Shown: positions 24,134 to 31,875 of the stretch, in pieces | Numbering within the stretch: the stretch's first letter is position 1 | How the letters are laid out: the number at the start of each line of letters is the position of its first letter | Assembly (NCBI GenBank): GCA_002730525.1 | Contig: PCAK01000007.1 | Coordinates: 1,409-65,408 of the forward strand | DNA: 64,000 bases | Reading direction: 5' to 3' | Source of the DNA: Acidobacteriota bacterium | Lineage (GTDB): Bacteria > Acidobacteriota > Vicinamibacteria > Vicinamibacterales > UBA823 | The notes under the pieces: generated by a model | Database searches by the model: none | Seen by the model: the letters and a program-made list of their open reading frames with translations, nothing else | Told to the model about the DNA's origin: nothing | Position numbers and translations under genes: made by a program

Positions 24134-25851
24134 CGTCCGCCCTCCGTCGCTTCTGCGCTCGTCTCGGCCCAGCCGGTCCACCCCGGCCCACGCAGCGCAC
24201 GTCCCGGTGTCGCGCCCGTATGGTCGCCGTCCTGAAGCACCGGCGTACCGTTGACCCAGACGTGCACCATGCCCACGGCGTACTGATGCGGCTCCTCGTA
24301 CGTCGCGCGATCCTGGATGGTCGCCGGGTCGAAGGCGACGACGTCGGCGAAGAAACCCGGCGCGAGCTGGCCGCGATCGCGGATGCGAAGGTTGGTGGCT
24401 GGAAGCGAGGTCAGCTTCCGCACCGCTTCCTCCAAGGGAATGACCCGCTCATCGCGCACGTATCGACCGAGTAGCCGCGCGAAGTTCCCGTAGGCGCGCG
24501 GATGCGTCGACGTGTTGAGAAAGACGCCCTCGGTCGCATACGACCCGGCGTCCGAGCAGAAGCTGACCCAGGGCAGCGCGATCTGCCGGGCCACGTTCTC
24601 TTCGGACATCAGGAAGTAGACGACCTGCACCCGGCTGCCGTCCTCGATCACCAGGTCCATGGCGGTATCGGCGACCGACGTGCCGCGCGCCTCCGCGACC
24701 TCCGCCAGAGTCTGACCGATGTAACCGCGCAACGCCGGATTCTTGAACCCGACGAGCAACGTACCCTCGGCGCCCGCAGCGAGCAGCAGGTTTTCCCAGG
24801 CGTTCGTCGGCGTCGTCATCTCCTGCCGAACCCGATCTCGGATAGCCGGGTCGCCCAGCCGCTCGGCCCAGTCGTCGTAGCCGCCTTCCTGCACCCAGGG
24901 TGGCATCCCGGCGTCGAGGCCGGTCGAGCCCGCCGTGTAGTTGTACATGTTGGCAGTGATCTGGAGTCCCTCCGCGCGGGCCGCCTCGACCCGTTCGATC
25001 ACGGCATCGAGCTTGTCCCAGTTCGATTGACCGCCCGCCTTCAGGTGGTAGATCTCGGCCCGGATGCCGGACTCCCTGGAGATGGTCAGGAGCTCGTCGA
25101 CCGATTCCAGCAGCGCGTTGCCTTCGCTGCGCATGTGCGAGATGTATAGGCCGTCGTACTCGGCCGCGACCTTCGACAACTCGATGAGCTCGTCGGTCTG
25201 TGCATAGAACGCCGGCGCGTAGATCAACGACGAGCCGATACCGACCGCACCCTCCTCCATCGCCTGCCGAACGAGCGCCCGCATCCGGTCCAGCTCGTCG
25301 TCGGTGGGTGGGCGGTCTTCGTATCCGATCTCATGCACTCGCAGCGTCGTCGCGCCGACGAACGAGGCAACGTTGGGTGAGATCCCCTTCGTTTCCAGGT
25401 GCTCCAGGTACTCGCCGAGGGTCGTCCACTCGACGTCGAACATGATGTCACCCTGGCTGGTAACCTCGAGGTTCTTCATCTGGTCGGTCAGCGGACCGCC
25501 CGACGTGCCCTCACCGAAGACCTCGAGCGTCACGCCCTGCCGGATGTCGCCCTGCGACCGGCCATCCTCGATCAGGGCGTCGCCGGCCCAGCTCAGCATG
25601 TTGACAAAACCCGGGGCGATCGCCAGCCCCGCGGCGTCGACCTCCGTCACGCCGCGCGCGTTCCCCAGGTCGCCGACCGCGGCAATCCGGTCGCCGTCGA
25701 TCGCCAAGTCGCCGACGAAACTGGGCGCGCCGGAGCCGTCGATGATTGTGCCGTTGCGGATGATCAGATCGTGCTCGGGTGCCGACGCACAGCCCGCCAG
25801 GCTGGCGACGACCAACGTGGCAACGGCGGCGAACCGGATTGGGTGGGTCAT
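24130..25851 (-). CDS. N-acyl-D-amino-acid deacylase (D-aminoacylase) family amidohydrolase, lipoprotein
   Basis: 573 aa. Lipobox MTHPIRFAAVATLVVASLAGC. IRNGTIIDGSGAP...GDLAIDGDRIAAVGDL...APGFVNMLSW is typical of the family. Confidence 0.8.
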   Translation of the reverse strand: MTHPIRFAAVATLVVASLAGCASAPEHDLIIRNGTIIDGSGAPSFVGDLAIDGDRIAAVGDLGNARGVTEVDAAGLAIAPGFVNMLSWAGDALIEDGRSQGDIRQGVTLEVFGEGTSGGPLTDQMKNLEVTSQGDIMFDVEWTTLGEYLEHLETKGISPNVASFVGATTLRVHEIGYEDRPPTDDELDRMRALVRQAMEEGAVGIGSSLIYAPAFYAQTDELIELSKVAAEYDGLYISHMRSEGNALLESVDELLTISRESGIRAEIYHLKAGGQSNWDKLDAVIERVEAARAEGLQITANMYNYTAGSTGLDAGMPPWVQEGGYDDWAERLGDPAIRDRVRQEMTTPTNAWENLLLAAGAEGTLLVGFKNPALRGYIGQTLAEVAEARGTSVADTAMDLVIEDGSRVQVVYFLMSEENVARQIALPWVSFCSDAGSYATEGVFLNTSTHPRAYGNFARLLGRYVRDERVIPLEEAVRKLTSLPATNLRIRDRGQLAPGFFADVVAFDPATIQDRATYEEPHQYAVGMVHVWVNGTPVLQDGDHTGATPGRALRGPGWTGWAETSAEATEGGR

Positions 25852-25867
25852 GAATCCTCGTATCCAC

Positions 25868-26896
25868 TCAGCTGTCCTTCAACTTCAGCAGCTTGACGGC
25901 GTTGGCCCAATAGATCTTGTCCCGGTCAGTATCGCTCAGATCCAGCTCATCGATAATCTTGATCGTCTCGCGGATGTACATCGGCCCCTTCTCTGGATCG
26001 AACGGCGCATCGGATGCGAACAAGACGTTGTCGACACCGAAGAACTCGAGGCCGCAGACGGTGGCCGGGCGCCCGCCGAAGACCGCCGTGTCGGCGTAGA
26101 ACATTTTGAAGTAGTCGATCGGCCGCTTCTTCAATCGTTGCAGCACGGCGCCCAGATCCTCATCGGACGTTCGGCTGCCCAGCTGATCCCAGCCGTAACC
26201 GACGCGGCCCTCGAAGTAGGGCACCATGCCGCCCAGATGATGGGCAATGATCTTCAGCGACGGGTGATCATCGAACACCCCGTCGAAGACGATCCGCGAC
26301 ATCGCGACGCTCGTCTCGTAGGGCCAGCCGAAGGTCCACCAGATCTCGTATTTCGAGCTCGACTCCTGGAGGTAGTCGGCGAAGCTCGCGCCACGCGACG
26401 GATGGAGCCAGATCGGCAGGTCGTGCTCGGCCATCGCCGCGAAGAGCGGCCGAAACTCGGGCGCGGTCAGCGGCTTGCCGAGCACGTTGGTGAACACCTG
26501 GACGCCGCAGGCTCCCAAATCGCGGATCGCGCGGTGGGTCTCGGTCACGAGCCCCTCCGGAGAGTTCATCGGGAGCGACGCGACGAAGCTCGGGAAACGA
26601 TCGGGGTACTGGCGGACCAGATCGGCCATGCCGTCGTTGGCCGCCTCGGCGAGCTGGGTCGAAACGTCGGGGCCGCCCAGATGCTCGAGCGGCGGGGAGG
26701 CGAGCGAGAGGATCTGCCGGTACTCGGCGCCGAATCGATCCATCACCCGGAATCGCTCGTCGAGATTCGCCAGCATCGGAATGCCGCGCACCCGCTTGCC
26801 TATATCCTTATGATCGCCCGCCACGCGCTGCATCAGCTCGTGGAACGGCTTCGGGAAGATGTGGTTGAAGATGTCGATTTTCTGCATGATGTCCAA
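25868..26896 (-). CDS. Amidohydrolase-2 family enzyme (ACMSD/LigI/LigJ-like)
   Basis: 342 aa. IDIFNHIFP at the N-terminus, IIAHHLGG, and ASDAPFD near the C-terminus. Confidence 0.8.
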   Translation of the reverse strand: MDIMQKIDIFNHIFPKPFHELMQRVAGDHKDIGKRVRGIPMLANLDERFRVMDRFGAEYRQILSLASPPLEHLGGPDVSTQLAEAANDGMADLVRQYPDRFPSFVASLPMNSPEGLVTETHRAIRDLGACGVQVFTNVLGKPLTAPEFRPLFAAMAEHDLPIWLHPSRGASFADYLQESSSKYEIWWTFGWPYETSVAMSRIVFDGVFDDHPSLKIIAHHLGGMVPYFEGRVGYGWDQLGSRTSDEDLGAVLQRLKKRPIDYFKMFYADTAVFGGRPATVCGLEFFGVDNVLFASDAPFDPEKGPMYIRETIKIIDELDLSDTDRDKIYWANAVKLLKLKDS

Positions 26897-26933
26897 GGGG
26901 TCCGAGGCCAGGATATTCTATGGGCCGGCTCCG

Positions 26934-27569
26934 CTACTTCCAACCGTAGACGTCGAGCGTCGTCCGCCCCTGACGCAGCGCATCGGCGATCGACGCTTCT
27001 TTCTTGTCTCGTGTCCGCGCCGCGGCCAGGACGTCGCCCACCGAATCGCGGGCGAGCACGACCACGCCGTCAGCGTCCCCAACCACGAGGTCGCCGGGCG
27101 CTACCGTGACATCTCCGACGACGACGGGTTCGTTGATGCTGCCGGGGGCATCGGCCACCTTGGCCGTGCCGCGAATCGCCCGGCCGCGGGCGAACACCGG
27201 GAAGCCCGACGCGGCGAGTTCGTCGCCGTCGCGCACGCAGCCGTCGATGACCAGTCCGCCCAGGCCGCCGGCGATTGCCGCGGTCGTCATGATCCCGCCC
27301 CAGTACCCGAACTCGTACGCGCCCGCGACGGTGGCCACCAGCACGTCGCCGGGTTTCGCCTGGGCCATCGCCCGGTGCAGCCAGAGGTTGTCGCCCGGGG
27401 CACCGGCGACCGTGCAGGCGGGGCCGTACAGGCGCATCGACGTGGCCACCGGTTTGATCGCCGCCGGTAGCGCGCCGACCTGGCTCGCGGCCTCGTGGAG
27501 CGTGGCCGAGGAAAAGGCGGCGGCGGCGGTGACCAGCGCGGCGTCGAGAACGCCGTCGCGATCGGTCAC
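26934..27569 (-). CDS. RraA-fold protein (HMG/CHA aldolase / oxaloacetate decarboxylase family), paralogue 1
   Basis: 211 aa. GYWGGIMTTAAIAGGLGGLVIDGCVRD...FPVFARG. The GTG start overlaps the upstream stop (GTGA). Confidence 0.8.
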   Translation of the reverse strand: MTDRDGVLDAALVTAAAAFSSATLHEAASQVGALPAAIKPVATSMRLYGPACTVAGAPGDNLWLHRAMAQAKPGDVLVATVAGAYEFGYWGGIMTTAAIAGGLGGLVIDGCVRDGDELAASGFPVFARGRAIRGTAKVADAPGSINEPVVVGDVTVAPGDLVVGDADGVVVLARDSVGDVLAAARTRDKKEASIADALRQGRTTLDVYGWK

Positions 27570-28225
27570 GATGTGGAATCCTTCTTCCGCTGCAGCTCGA
27601 AGTACTTGTGCTGGACGCGGGCTTCGTCGAGGCGCATACCGCCCTCGAACGCTGCCCGGATCCGATTCTCGGCGGCGTCGATCTCCTGGGCCAACGCGAT
27701 GACCTCGTCCTCGCGCGACCGCGGCACGGCGACGACGCCGTCGGCATCGCCGAGCAGGGCATCCCCGGGCTCCACGGTGGCGCCGCCGATCGAGACCGGC
27801 ACACTCATCGCGTCGAGCTGCACCCGGTCCTTGCCGGTGCGCACCGACCAGCCGGCGCTGAAGATCGGGTAGGCCAACTCCAGGCTCAGCGCGGTATCGC
27901 GGCAGTGTCCGTCGATGACAGTCCCACCGACCCGGCGCCGATGCGCCACGAAAGTGAGGATATCGCCCCAGACCGTCATGTCGGGCCGGCCGCCGTTGTC
28001 GATGACGACCACCTCGCCTTCAGGGACATCGTCGATGTAGTCGCCGACCGTGCCCGGCTCGCCGGATACCGGCACCGTCCGCATGGTGAACGCCCGCCCG
28101 CAGAGCCGGAAGGTCGGCGCCAGCGGCTTGATGCCGAGGCACTGACCCGCGATGCCGAGGCGGTCGAGCGCGTCGCTGACCGTCGTGGCCGACAATGTCT
28201 TCAACGTCACCAACACCGGATCCAT
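27566..28225 (-). CDS. RraA-fold protein (LigK-length), paralogue 2
   Basis: ATG 28225: MDPVLVTLKTLSATTVSDALDRLG...VWGDILTFVAHRRRVGGTVIDGHCRD...YPIFSAG. 219 aa with a C-terminal helical extension. The upstream part of ORF 27566..28639 is off-frame junk. Confidence 0.8.
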   Translation of the reverse strand: MDPVLVTLKTLSATTVSDALDRLGIAGQCLGIKPLAPTFRLCGRAFTMRTVPVSGEPGTVGDYIDDVPEGEVVVIDNGGRPDMTVWGDILTFVAHRRRVGGTVIDGHCRDTALSLELAYPIFSAGWSVRTGKDRVQLDAMSVPVSIGGATVEPGDALLGDADGVVAVPRSREDEVIALAQEIDAAENRIRAAFEGGMRLDEARVQHKYFELQRKKDSTS

Positions 28226-28236
28226 CGTGGTCGCCC

Positions 28237-28911
28237 TCACTCGTCCGACGAGTCTCGCTCCGCCATCGACTCGTAGGTACGGCCCATGACCTGGCTGACC
28301 GGCGTGCCGTTGCGGACCGCCGTGGTCATCATCGCTTCGAGGGCGGCAATCGACTCGGCGAGATCCAGCACCTCGTCGCTCCGCGCCGCGTCGATGAAGA
28401 CCACGCCGCTGCCGTCGGCGATGACGAGATCGCCCGGCTTCACGTCGACGCCGCCGACGACGATCGGCTCGTTCCAGGCGTGTTCGGCCACCCGCCCCCT
28501 CGCCGTGACCGGCACGACATCGCGGGCGAAGACCGGATACCCGAGCGCACGGCTGTCGTCGACATCGCGCACCGAGCCGTCGACGATCGTACCGGCGACG
28601 CCGCGCACACAGGCGGCCGTCGACAGCAGCCCACCCCATCCGGCTGCATCATCGCGGCTCCGATGCTCGACGACGATGACATTGGCGGCCGTCGCCGCTT
28701 CGATGGCGGCGCTGCACAGGTGACGCGTCGCCGGCGCGTCACCTGCCGGGCCGAGCTTGACCGGCACGACGCGGCCGGCGATCCGCCGCGCGGCCGAGAC
28801 CTGCCGGATGCCGAGAGCCGTTCCCGGCAGACCGAGTCGATCCAGCGCGTCGGAGACCGTGCAGGTGTCCAGCGCCTGGAGCCGCACCAAAGCAGCGTCG
28901 TCTGACGACAT
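28237..28911 (-). CDS. RraA-fold protein (LigK-length), paralogue 3
   Basis: 224 aa. LDTCTVSDALDRLG...GWGGLLSTAACVRGVAGTIVDGSVRD...YPVFARD. Confidence 0.8.
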   Translation of the reverse strand: MSSDDAALVRLQALDTCTVSDALDRLGLPGTALGIRQVSAARRIAGRVVPVKLGPAGDAPATRHLCSAAIEAATAANVIVVEHRSRDDAAGWGGLLSTAACVRGVAGTIVDGSVRDVDDSRALGYPVFARDVVPVTARGRVAEHAWNEPIVVGGVDVKPGDLVIADGSGVVFIDAARSDEVLDLAESIAALEAMMTTAVRNGTPVSQVMGRTYESMAERDSSDE

Positions 28912-29066
28912 GATCAGGTGTTCTCCTCCCGAATCCCGGCCGGCGGGCCGCCTTGCAGACCGGCCGATCCAACTGTCAGTCGGTCATTGTCTCTTGACCG
29001 CCGGGGATATTCACTCAAATTGTGCCGCGGCACGGAGCCGGGCGCTCGGCAGTATCATCTAGCACC

Positions 29067-30506
29067 ATGTCCGAATCAAGCCTCGGCCAGCTCCCGGAGT
29101 CGAGCGTGGGCGCCGCCGATCGCAAGACGATCGTGGGAATCGCTGGCGCGGTTGCCGCAACCGTCGTCGTCCTTCTGCTCCCGACGCCCGCCGACCTGCC
29201 ACCCGAGGGCCAGCGCCTCGGCGCCGTGTTCCTGGCCGCAATCATTCTCTGGGCCACCGAGGCGATCCCGATCGCCGTGACCGCGCTGCTCGTCATCGTG
29301 CTGCAGCCGATCTTCGAGGTCGCCGAGCTCGACGCCGCGTTCAACGCATTCGTCAGCCCGGTATTTTTCTTCGTGCTCGCGATGTTCTGCATCGCGGCGT
29401 CGGTCACCAACGCCGGCCTCGACCGGCGGTTCGCCTACTGGCTGCTCGCCCGCGCCGGCACCGATAGCCGCCGGGTGATTGCCGCGCTCATCATCGGCAC
29501 GGCGGCCACGTCGGTCATGATCTCCGACGTGCCGGCCTGCGCCATCTTCATGAGCATCGGCCTGGGCGTGATGTCGCGGTTGAACCTCGAGCCCGGCAAG
29601 TCGTCGATCGGCAAGGCGATCATGATAGGCGTGCCGATCGGCTCGTTGATCGGCGGGGTCACGACGCCCGCCGGCAGCTCAGTCAACATCATCGGCCTGC
29701 ACTTCATCCAGGAGTTTGGCAACGTGACCGTCACGTTCGTCGAGTGGATGGCGATCGGTCTACCGATGGCGATTGGTCTCGTGCCGATTGCGTGCTGGGC
29801 GGTTCTCAAGAGTTATCCGCCGGAAATCGCGACGATCGGTGATGCCGGCGAGATCGAGCGCGAGCGGGCGGCGCTGGGCACGATGTCAGCCGCCGAGCGG
29901 AAGGCGGTCACGCTGCTGTCGATCATGATGGTGCTCTGGATCGCCGGCAGTTGGATTCCGTTCCTCGACGTCCTCACCGTCGGCCTGGGCGGTGCCATCG
30001 TCATGTTTCTGCCGGGCATGCGGCTGCTGACCTGGAAACAGGCCGAGCGTGCGATCGGCTGGGACACCTTGCTGATGATCGGCGGCGTGACCTCGCTCGG
30101 CACCGCGTCGGTCGAGGCCGGCCTGGCCGGCTGGCTCGTCGACCTGGCCCTGGGAGGCGTGGCCAACTGGCACATCGTCTGGGTCCTGCTGGCGATCAGC
30201 GCGTTCACGGTCGTGATCCATCTGGCGCTGCCGATCGGGCCGGTCGTCAACGCGGTCGTCATTCCGCCGATCGCGCTCCTGGCCGTCGGCGCCGGAGTCC
30301 ACCCGGCGCTCTACGCACTGCCAGTCGCGTTCACCGCCTCGTGCGCGTTCCTGCTGCCGCTGGACGCCGTGGCGCTGCTGACCTACTCGCGCGGCTACTA
30401 CCGGATGCACGAGATGCTGGCGCCGGGCGCGTTGATCAGCGCGGCCTGGGTCGTCTGGATGACGGTCGTCATGCTCGTCGTCGGCGGGCTCCTCGGATTC
30501 GTCTAG
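29067..30506 (+). CDS. DASS/SLC13 family anion:sodium symporter
   Basis: ATG 29067 (MSESSLGQLP...). AIILWATEAIPIAVTALL and the repeated hairpin-region motifs (GGVTTPAGSSVN) are typical of DASS. About 479 aa. Confidence 0.8.
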   Translation: MSESSLGQLPESSVGAADRKTIVGIAGAVAATVVVLLLPTPADLPPEGQRLGAVFLAAIILWATEAIPIAVTALLVIVLQPIFEVAELDAAFNAFVSPVFFFVLAMFCIAASVTNAGLDRRFAYWLLARAGTDSRRVIAALIIGTAATSVMISDVPACAIFMSIGLGVMSRLNLEPGKSSIGKAIMIGVPIGSLIGGVTTPAGSSVNIIGLHFIQEFGNVTVTFVEWMAIGLPMAIGLVPIACWAVLKSYPPEIATIGDAGEIERERAALGTMSAAERKAVTLLSIMMVLWIAGSWIPFLDVLTVGLGGAIVMFLPGMRLLTWKQAERAIGWDTLLMIGGVTSLGTASVEAGLAGWLVDLALGGVANWHIVWVLLAISAFTVVIHLALPIGPVVNAVVIPPIALLAVGAGVHPALYALPVAFTASCAFLLPLDAVALLTYSRGYYRMHEMLAPGALISAAWVVWMTVVMLVVGGLLGFV

Positions 30507-30520
30507 CTGGAGGCGCACTC

Positions 30521-31480
30521 ATGAAATCACTTCTGGTCACGTCCGCGGTGTCGCTCGTGCTCGTCCTCAGCGTGCCGGCGTTCGGCCAAGCACAGGACGC
30601 TCCCCTTCCCGGCATCACCCTGAGCCTCGACGAGCTCCGGGCGCAGATGTTCCACGTCAGCGCCGGTCGGCGGCTCAAGCCGGAGACTTGGCCCGACGGC
30701 AACCGGGTCGCGGTGGCATTGAGCTTCGACGTCGACAACGCCACGGCGACGCTCTCGCGCGGCAACCTGAACTCCGAGGTGATCTCGCGCGGTGAGTACG
30801 GCGCGGTCGACGGCCTGCCCCGAATCCTCCGGATGCTGGAGCGGCAGGATGTCCCAGCCTCGTTCTTCATCCCGGCCATCAGTCACCTGCTGCACCCCAC
30901 CATGGTCGAGCAGATCCTCGCCGCGGGCGTCCACGAGATTGGCGTCCATGGCTGGATTCACGAATTGCTGCCGGTGCTCGATGACGCCGAGGAGGAGCAA
31001 CGACTGCTCGTCCAGGCGATCGACGCACTCACCGAGGCCGTGGGCAAGCGCCCGGTCGGCTACCGCGCGCCGTCGTGGCAGTTCAGCCAGCACACGATGC
31101 AGCAGGTGAAGGAGGCCGGCTTCCTCTACGACAGCTCGCTCATGGCGAGTGACGACGCTTACGAGATTCTGATCGACGGTGAGCCGAGCGGCGTCGTCGA
31201 GCTGCCGATCGAACGGATCCTCGACGACTTCCCCTACTTCGGCGGCAATACGAACGGCTCGTCGCCGGTGCCCGAGATCATGGTCAAGGTCTTCGAGAGC
31301 GAGTTCGACGTGGCGTGGGAGGAAGGCGGCCTGTTCGTCCTGACGATGCACCCGCACATCATGGGCCACCGCTCGCGCGTCGCCGTGCTCGAGGGTCTGA
31401 TCCGTCATATGAAGCTCAAGGGCGGCGTCTGGTTCGCCACACACGAAGAGGTCGCGCGCTACGTCCTCGAAGCGGGCTAG
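30521..31480 (+). CDS. Secreted polysaccharide deacetylase (NodB-homology / PuuE-like) family protein
   Basis: ATG 30521 with GGAGG RBS. Signal peptide MKSLLVTSAVSLVLVLSVPAFGQAQ. ALSFDVDN...FFIPA...HEIGVHGWIHE...YRAPSW are NodB-type motifs. 319 aa. Confidence 0.8.
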   Translation: MKSLLVTSAVSLVLVLSVPAFGQAQDAPLPGITLSLDELRAQMFHVSAGRRLKPETWPDGNRVAVALSFDVDNATATLSRGNLNSEVISRGEYGAVDGLPRILRMLERQDVPASFFIPAISHLLHPTMVEQILAAGVHEIGVHGWIHELLPVLDDAEEEQRLLVQAIDALTEAVGKRPVGYRAPSWQFSQHTMQQVKEAGFLYDSSLMASDDAYEILIDGEPSGVVELPIERILDDFPYFGGNTNGSSPVPEIMVKVFESEFDVAWEEGGLFVLTMHPHIMGHRSRVAVLEGLIRHMKLKGGVWFATHEEVARYVLEAG

Positions 31481-31482
31481 CG

Positions 31483-31520
31483 GCGCCCGAAGCGCTATAA
31501 TCCGGACAGCGTTCGGGCGC
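31483..31520 (+). terminator. Strong hairpin directly after the deacetylase stop (no U-tract)
   Basis: gcgcccgaa(gcgc)...(agcg)ttcgggcgc gives a 9-13 bp stem around an ~11 nt loop, starting 3 nt after the TAG at 31478..31480. There is no T-run, so intrinsic-terminator function is uncertain. Confidence 0.35.
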
Positions 31521-31535
31521 AACGTTGCCCCAACC

Positions 31536-31870
31536 ATGGCCCTGCAGCAAGGCACTCGCCTCGGCCCGTACCGGATCGAAGCCCCCATCGGCGCAGGCGG
31601 CATGGGCGAGAGCTGTTTTATCGAATCGGCCGACAGATGATGGTCGTGGACGTCACGTCAGATCCGTTCAGAGTTGGAACGCCACGCCTGCTGTTCGAGA
31701 CAGGTCCGGGGTTTGCGTCCGGTAACTACCAGACCTACTACGACGTGTCGCCTGATGGACAGCGCTTCCTGATGGAGAGGCAGGTAGAGACAGACGACAT
31801 GTCCGAGCCAGAGCTCCGCCTGATCTTGCACTGGACGGAGGAACTCAAGCAGCGCGTCCCGATTCCCTAA
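31536..31870 (+). pseudogene. Remnant of a Ser/Thr protein kinase / TolB-like beta-propeller gene (internal deletion)
   Basis: 31536..31610 encodes MALQQGTRLGPYRIEAPIGAGGMGE, a kinase N-terminus with the glycine-rich loop. It then joins, in another frame, to (R)ELFYRIGRQMMVVDVTSDPFRVGTPRLLFE...YDVSPDGQRFLMERQ...LILHWTEELKQRVPIP*, the characteristic C-terminal end of these kinase-propeller proteins. Only ORF 31637..31870 is in the track. Confidence 0.6.
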
Positions 31871-31875
31871 TCCCC

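Noticed and set aside
31525-31725. 66-aa TTG-initiated ORF (MPQPWPCSKALASARTGSKPP...) over the kinase remnant.
   Set aside because: It is an off-frame reading of the same DNA. The other two frames give textbook kinase N-terminal and propeller C-terminal sequences.
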